Origin: Phallusia mammillata
Lineage: Eukaryota
Length of the DNA: 64,000 bases
Assembly (NCBI GenBank): GCA_965637545.1
Contig: OZ281494.1
Location: forward strand, 124,001-188,000
Reading direction: 5' to 3'
The notes beneath the pieces are model-generated. The model made no database searches. It saw only the letters and a list, made by a program, of their open reading frames with translations, and was not told the DNA's origin. The stretch's first letter is position 1. Each line of letters opens with the position of its first letter. A program made the translations under genes and the position numbers. Positions 58,801 through 64,000 of the stretch are shown here, piece by piece.

Positions 58801-61800
58801 TGTGAGACCGTCCAGTTTTATGCTTCCCCTTGTCCAAACATAAAACTTGACAACAGATGTTTCTGTGTCTGAAATATTTTCCACGTCCTCAATGACTTCA
58901 CATTTTGACTTTAGATTTTCTGTTTTCATTTCGACCTTGGACTTGAACAAGTTGACCCTGGATTGTGAACATTCCATGTCCAGAAATATGCAGGCAATTC
59001 CTTGGCCCATTCGGCCCTTTTCAGTGGATCCATTGTAAAGGTAAATGCTGCCTGGTGCTTTGTTACCACTAATGTCGTTTAAAATACTTGACCCACTATG
59101 TCCTTGCAGCTGGTAGGATAAGAAGAATCCTGCAGTGTTGTTAGGATCAGTGTATCTGGGCATGATCACAAATTGAAGTAGGTTTTGATCCAAGTAATAC
59201 AAAAAGCTAGCGTTGGTCAGTTCATTGACAAGTGAGCCACAAACACCAAACAATAAAATGTTGTCTGGCTGTTTTGGTGTCGGTTGTGAAGACTGACAAT
59301 CAAGTCGTGGTTGGATCAAAGACACATCAGCAGGAGAAAGTTTAAACATCTTGTTTCTGGTCAACATCAAGGTGATATATTCCAAAACTGCTTCGTCCAT
59401 TTTTCTTTCAATGCTCTCCTTGACCTTAGTGAGTTCCTCCAGGTGTTGTGAAGTAAGCTCATGCACCCCATACCACTGAATGCAAAGTTTTGGGTCATTA
59501 TCTGCCACTGACACCAGGCTTTCTTTTGATTCCCTCACCGACACAGGTGTTGTGTCTAAACCTGCACTAGAGGTCACCAGAGAGGAGCGCCGACTGCTTG
59601 GTTCACTCTTCCGAACCTCCATCTCCATTCTGCAGTAAAATATCGTGTTGTCCTCCATCTGGAAAACAAACATGTTTTTCTGGTTGACCACAGCGAAGTT
59701 TTTCAGAAAAGATCGGATAGTTGTCATGGCGGATGGTGCCTTTGATGTTAAGGAAGATCCAGACACTGTTCCTGTGATGCGATGATGCAGGAAGATGAAT
59801 TGCTGCAGCACGCAACGGCATTCAAAGTATCCTGGTCGAAAATTCATGTTTGCAGCTAAATATTCACCGTGATCAGTAACCTCTTCTGAAGTGCCATATT
59901 CGTCAATGGTGGTTGTTTGATAAACAGAAGAGTATTCGTCCCTCTTCCAGATGTCTTCAGCTGGCTCTTCCACTAAAAGTTGGTGGCACAAGTGACTTTC
60001 ATGGAGTTTTTTCAACAGTAGGATCTGGTTTACTGCTCGACACGCCGAGTGCAAGTTGGCTTTGATTATCTGCATCACATTGTTCTGTTCCATCTTTAGA
60101 GATTTCAACACTCTTGCACTGCCACGGCGATGGAAGTAAATATTTGCACAGTCATCCTTGATTTGCACGATGAGCCAGAAGTTGGGCAGTTGACTGTTGG
60201 CTTCCTGGATCATCTGCTGATAATATTCCTCATCCTCTGTGTCACTGACCTCGCCCTCATAACCTGATGCAATCAAACTGTTCTGACTATATTGCCTAGG
60301 TGAAGAGTCAGACACAGGACTGAAAATTGGATCTCTCGAAGAAGTTGTTGGGCCTGGAAACGAAGCGTTGTCGATCCCAAGTTTGTTTGTGCCGGATAAA
60401 AAGTTGAAGTAGATGTTGTCATTATTATTGGCTGGTGTCCCAGGCATAGACATTGCGTTGCTTTTGCCAATGAATAATGGAGAGTGGTGTTCCTTTCCTC
60501 CACTTAAGGAAGCATGCAGGGGTTGGTGAAAGTTTGAGGTGGAACTGTTTATTTGGAGCGGCGTCGGTTTGTTTTGCCCCAACCTGTTTGGCTTCCCATA
60601 TTTCCAACTTGACTCAACATGGACATTAGTAACAGATGATGATCGCCTTGCAGGAAGAATACAGTTCGAGAGTTCGACGGATGAAGCAGCTTTGTGGATC
60701 TTATTCTCGGCTGGAGGAAGTTGGTCTTGTTGGTAAAGTGAAACACAACTCTGACGACCATGTTTCATTTGAGAGTTGCTGTCTGCTTTGCTGGAAGATG
60801 CTGAACACTGGCTGACAATCGGGGTTGACCACATTTGGTTGGATGCTGTCGGCTGAGGTGTAACTGTCCCAGTGTCTGGCTCAACCAACTTAAAGTCAAT
60901 CGGTTCTGTGCTAAATCTGATGGGTAGAAATGATGTATTTTCCCTTTCAATGCTGAGATAGTAGTATTGATCCTCTTTCTTCAACTTGTACTTTTCAAAG
61001 CGGAACCTCTCAAATTCAATCGAAAACAAAGCCTTGCTGCTATCAAGACCAAGTATGAACTGCAATGGGACCGTTTCCATGATGCAATTGCTGGATTTCT
61101 TCTTTTCAATATGATGTGTAGCCTTTTCCAGTGTGAGAGTGTTTATCGGCTCACATGTCCTCAGTGAAGACATGATCTCATCTTCCAAGAGCCAGGAAAT
61201 GCTCTTCTTTACTCCAGCAACACAAGGCAGACATTCCGGGGGAAAATCAGAAATGCTAATGTCGTGTTCAGAGTAGGATAAGCGATGTGCAACATCCAAC
61301 TTCGTTGCACCGTTGCTATCACTGTGGGTGGGGAGAAATAACCAAATCAAATCCAGCGTGATTTTCAGGTCTGACAGATTAACATTTTCACATGGGTTTT
61401 CAAATGAATCTAAAACAGTTCCGAGGTTTGTGGGAAGCGCTATTACTGGCAAAGTGCCATGATTTCCACTGCTCTTGTCTCTAACGGTGCAGGTCATACA
61501 CATAAACAATGGAGCACTGTATGTTCCTGAGGCAGAAGAAATCGATGCATTGTCATCAGCGTGAATCGAGCCTGGGTGGTCATAGACGGCATCAGATACA
61601 TCTGACACACCGTGTTTGTGTGTAAACTGCACCGCATCATTTTCACTGTCGTACTGACTAATTGAGGTATGGGTAGCAGATGTGAATGCCTGGCCAGAGT
61701 TGTTCACTGCATAGTAAACATCTGGCAACGTTGGAATAGCCCTGCAGTATTTCTTCAGGACATTGTTGAAATATTTTTCCAGTTGCTCATTTGATCCTGA

Positions 61801-64000
61801 CAAATGCCTTGAGTGAGATTTTCCCAGAACAGAAAGAGGAATGCTTGGTAAGTTTTTCCACCCACTTTGCATTGTGCCTGACATATTCTTTTTTAGGTCC
61901 ACTTGTTTCACTGGCAGTGTATGAGTGATTTGTCGCTCACGCTGATGAGATTGAGCCTTCTTCTTTCTACTCTCAAAAGCCTCATCATCCGAGCTTGTAC
62001 TTTCAGACAAATGCCGCTCACACTCTGAAATTCTGTGCCGCTGTCTGACTGATGTGAAAGCACTTTCCTTTTGGTGTGGTATTGTTATGTAATTGTCAAC
62101 ATTTTGTCCATCTTGGCTGCTTTCAACAGAATTTACTGAGTCAGAAGGATGTAGGTTAACAGGAGAAGACTCCCTGATCAATGGAACCGATTCAGGGGGA
62201 GGTTGTGGTTCTTTCTTCGGCAAAACTGCGTCTTTGCAAATATCTTCAATGTCATCCAGCTCTGTGTCACCAATCTGTTGTTTGAAACCTGACAGTGATG
62301 ATGGCGTCAGGTGCTGACTCTTGAACTCTGCAACCTGTGGTGAATTGAGAAGCATAAAATCTGTGATGTCAATTTCCTCCACAAACTCTTGGCAAATTGA
62401 GTCAGTTGCAATTTGTAGATCTTCGGTGCTCACAATCTGTTCACTGTCGGTTTGAACTCCCTCGAAAACTCCCGATACAAAGCTTTGTCGGTAACCATCA
62501 ACAATTTGCATGCAGATGTTGTTTACTTGGTCATTTTCTCGGGACACAAGTGGAAACACTTCATCAGAGGCATCGATGCTATGTGAGGCCTGGAAACTCC
62601 TTCCCATTTCACTGAAGTCTTTAGGTGACAAGGTTTGGTAAACAACACCATTTTCACCATTATCGAGTGTGTAGAAGCGGTGATCCTGCACCGATTCTTG
62701 CCACTTGATCTTCCTCTGCGTGTGTACGCTCTGCAAAGCTGAACTGACGAGCATTCCCATCGAGCAGTTGTAGACATAAACTGTAAACGTGCGTTGTTGC
62801 AGCGACTTTTCTGCCGCTTTATCCTCCAGTCTGTATGTTTCGGTCATTGAAGCTTGTCGCTTGATCGATATTCGACGAGCAATTCTATGTGAATTTCCAC
62901 CATCAATATGTTTTTCATCTGTGCCTGCTGGACTCCCTGGGATGGTAAATGATGGTGTAAGAAGGTTTTCGTGGTCTGTTATAGTTACAGCACTTGAGCT
63001 GTTGCTTCGTTCCTGGGGTTTGGAATCAACACACACACCAAAAATATTTCGGAAGTCAGCATATGATGCAGGCAGGAGAATAATTAGAACTTGGCCACTA
63101 TCTCCAACCTTTAGATAGCAACACCATCGTCTTGAGAGCTCACTTTTGTTGGCTTCAACATTTTCTGCATTGCCCGAGTTTTCAGTTGCCAGGATGTGTT
63201 TGTTGATTCCAAATTGATCTGATGATGATAAGTTGACCTCACAATCACAGATTCTTTCAATGGAATGGTGCAGATGTGAAAACAACACTTCATTTGGTCC
63301 CTGCTCATCTTTTAACGTTTGCTGAAGTGTCATGAAGTGCAGCTTTGTCCTTGGACTTTGGTCCAGCAGTCCGATAAAATTAAACATGCATGGAAAAACT
63401 GTGATGTTGCTGTCAAGTTCAAATCCTTGCACCTGATCAAACAACTGCTCTTCGAGTTTGGAAACTGAACCTTTATCGCTGAGGTCATCAGATATTAGTG
63501 TGTCATTGCTGAATGAAACATCTTGTGCGGATTCCTTCATACTTGTGTAGTTATCTGCCAGTTGTGGAAAGGTGGTTGCCATGTTATCATTTTTACACAT
63601 TAGTTGCAAGTGCTCCAGTGTAATAACTGTGCTGATCCATGATGTGTCCTTCTGTGCTATTGCTGGTGAAATCTGGTAGCAGTCCAAACCTTCGTAGTAA
63701 GGAATCCCAGGTGTTAGGTCGGCATGCATGAGTTTCATGCTACTAGAGCTTCCTGTGCTGCTTGAGCTGAAACGAGATGAAAATTGAGGTTGAGTGATCA
63801 TGCCATGCTGTGGTTCGATCCAAATCTCCATGGCAAGAAGAATTTCTTTTGGTTTAGTTGAAATCTCATCTTCATCCTCATCCGACTCATTTGTGCTCAC
63901 GGAAGTGTCTGTTGCCCTGATCTTGGGTGGAAACAACACACACTGAACAAGACAGTTGCGCAAACTTTCCTGTTTGTTGTCGTCCGATATGTTGAACATT
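55897..64000 (-). CDS. SZT2: KICSTOR scaffold SZT2 (seizure threshold 2), C-terminal ~2700 aa in one uninterrupted frame; 5'-partial
   Basis: LPNFWLIVQI...YFHRR, CRAVNQILLLKKLHESHLCHQLLVEE, FRPGYFEC, NFAVVNQKNMFVF and DEAVLEYITLMLTRNKMFKLSPADV resemble conserved SZT2 blocks. The frame has no stops over 8.1 kb. Confidence 0.88.
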   Translation of the reverse strand, partial: MFNISDDNKQESLRNCLVQCVLFPPKIRATDTSVSTNESDEDEDEISTKPKEILLAMEIWIEPQHGMITQPQFSSRFSSSSTGSSSSMKLMHADLTPGIPYYEGLDCYQISPAIAQKDTSWISTVITLEHLQLMCKNDNMATTFPQLADNYTSMKESAQDVSFSNDTLISDDLSDKGSVSKLEEQLFDQVQGFELDSNITVFPCMFNFIGLLDQSPRTKLHFMTLQQTLKDEQGPNEVLFSHLHHSIERICDCEVNLSSSDQFGINKHILATENSGNAENVEANKSELSRRWCCYLKVGDSGQVLIILLPASYADFRNIFGVCVDSKPQERSNSSSAVTITDHENLLTPSFTIPGSPAGTDEKHIDGGNSHRIARRISIKRQASMTETYRLEDKAAEKSLQQRTFTVYVYNCSMGMLVSSALQSVHTQRKIKWQESVQDHRFYTLDNGENGVVYQTLSPKDFSEMGRSFQASHSIDASDEVFPLVSRENDQVNNICMQIVDGYRQSFVSGVFEGVQTDSEQIVSTEDLQIATDSICQEFVEEIDITDFMLLNSPQVAEFKSQHLTPSSLSGFKQQIGDTELDDIEDICKDAVLPKKEPQPPPESVPLIRESSPVNLHPSDSVNSVESSQDGQNVDNYITIPHQKESAFTSVRQRHRISECERHLSESTSSDDEAFESRKKKAQSHQRERQITHTLPVKQVDLKKNMSGTMQSGWKNLPSIPLSVLGKSHSRHLSGSNEQLEKYFNNVLKKYCRAIPTLPDVYYAVNNSGQAFTSATHTSISQYDSENDAVQFTHKHGVSDVSDAVYDHPGSIHADDNASISSASGTYSAPLFMCMTCTVRDKSSGNHGTLPVIALPTNLGTVLDSFENPCENVNLSDLKITLDLIWLFLPTHSDSNGATKLDVAHRLSYSEHDISISDFPPECLPCVAGVKKSISWLLEDEIMSSLRTCEPINTLTLEKATHHIEKKKSSNCIMETVPLQFILGLDSSKALFSIEFERFRFEKYKLKKEDQYYYLSIERENTSFLPIRFSTEPIDFKLVEPDTGTVTPQPTASNQMWSTPIVSQCSASSSKADSNSQMKHGRQSCVSLYQQDQLPPAENKIHKAASSVELSNCILPARRSSSVTNVHVESSWKYGKPNRLGQNKPTPLQINSSTSNFHQPLHASLSGGKEHHSPLFIGKSNAMSMPGTPANNNDNIYFNFLSGTNKLGIDNASFPGPTTSSRDPIFSPVSDSSPRQYSQNSLIASGYEGEVSDTEDEEYYQQMIQEANSQLPNFWLIVQIKDDCANIYFHRRGSARVLKSLKMEQNNVMQIIKANLHSACRAVNQILLLKKLHESHLCHQLLVEEPAEDIWKRDEYSSVYQTTTIDEYGTSEEVTDHGEYLAANMNFRPGYFECRCVLQQFIFLHHRITGTVSGSSLTSKAPSAMTTIRSFLKNFAVVNQKNMFVFQMEDNTIFYCRMEMEVRKSEPSSRRSSLVTSSAGLDTTPVSVRESKESLVSVADNDPKLCIQWYGVHELTSQHLEELTKVKESIERKMDEAVLEYITLMLTRNKMFKLSPADVSLIQPRLDCQSSQPTPKQPDNILLFGVCGSLVNELTNASFLYYLDQNLLQFVIMPRYTDPNNTAGFFLSYQLQGHSGSSILNDISGNKAPGSIYLYNGSTEKGRMGQGIACIFLDMECSQSRVNLFKSKVEMKTENLKSKCEVIEDVENISDTETSVVKFYVWTRGSIKLDGLTQKLLSAIQSALCDLVMENLSQIPLFEPTPTKKSAAVLNYSDPDCTESSTGKILSVLQSRSTTKTVDQQPSKTVPPKQQGHLSEAYHTILPDWLHYMKSNACISVSELTLNLHSRSCKLHCTQNLLKIFRSQITHPEIFLFSKPASSLVWTHHTGLGFEQEVPGKHLEMIICSENMWKRTVGRQSEQNRPNLSSIQRFPSHDISDKPEKSPCPQHSLIASSSFIPRHHFVYTLSKSPTTVTVYLYNIAGDKTASIHKTLKQCAAFHNARHTMMQGITFQKLGLFNYKNQSAEVSGFTVDVLSRYSSLPVPEKKQKPTFADRFFDDHYLDCQPVCPINERETSSKDKASLYGQQCYNIARLKYKRSEEKMHLKNLFAKFRKTAANVSIVSGPTLSILMSHARLLFAQCAPILLSCKAQKRFLAIYSGHKRKARTISGSKPEKLTRRSSFLDSYRRKSGDSLSKITTEKEEEHDTPDFNEEQLMNTFYQCYFNHWKGFVHLQTDISRAAKLSIPPTQYLYRAMPGGIVVITFLFHDDLFDVKLYGVDMPHMSYDGSRPDNVKLHVNFLNSCEKFKECLNVHAISLDLQLAEVQLLINDKVSSLYTGCSQTDILQALADCYEPLVHPLSHHILCGNVTVPCPNVSHKDMFSFITNHSEDMDLKVFYSNCKSLTTPRAMLCSTASLCDQHASNCSEVDHRNKNICVVFTSSASSNTRALVMDYYILFTEKAIQPTMANTPRNSSSSLDRKKHGRRFSEVTGIAQSLATFHREKLDLSSVVFNSTDKAESHQASCFVKCEQQRTEKCLAELCASAGTECYRHQLWNRLVQSCKEKNYSNSLSWEEFDKLQNLMWIVSASKIDPKVVKLLNSRKGSVKYGIKLHKRLLKAFPKSSASFVSGDSNVNTVCILNSDNFHVMVTVHVNMAMKRVSINMVRPVTTARDIPDSSVDSVAMKLLQEVLNEAYLDFWSVWW

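Noticed and set aside
56102-63308. Short ORFs on both strands overlapping SZT2
   Set aside because: Shadow frames of a long coding exon with no independent features.

Overview
AT-rich, intron-containing animal genomic DNA. The proteins are chordate-like and the introns are compact, so an ascidian/tunicate source is likely (inference). I parsed seven genes by hand: ZUP1/ZUFSP (5'-partial, +), a single-coding-exon fringe (+), SYVN1/HRD1 (+), PRCP (-), a ~45-exon acetyl-CoA carboxylase (+, 18203-52209), an intronless CCS (+), and an uninterrupted >=8.1 kb SZT2 exon (-, runs off the window end). Introns hold many non-autonomous elements: hAT MITEs with 8-bp TSDs, a Mutator-type MITE with a 9-bp TSD, Helitron/Helentron-like elements, Tc1-like MITEs, tRNA-derived SINEs and minisatellites. 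The most notable unexplained signal is ten intronic minimal hammerhead-ribozyme motifs (CUGAnGA-stem II-GAAAC-GUH) in three sequence families. Their stems covary, two families carry polyA-signal tails and inverted partial copies typical of Penelope-like/retrozyme elements, and one tandem pair could complement each other. Other points of interest: an orphan 272-aa zinc-ribbon/LIR-like ORF nested in ACC intron 1, an E-box/CCAAT cluster and a triple DR1 in ACC, a CCS with an unusual Cu-ligand pattern, a GC-AG intron, and a duplicated frameshifted PRCP pseudo-exon. Coordinates were counted by hand; no database searches were run.
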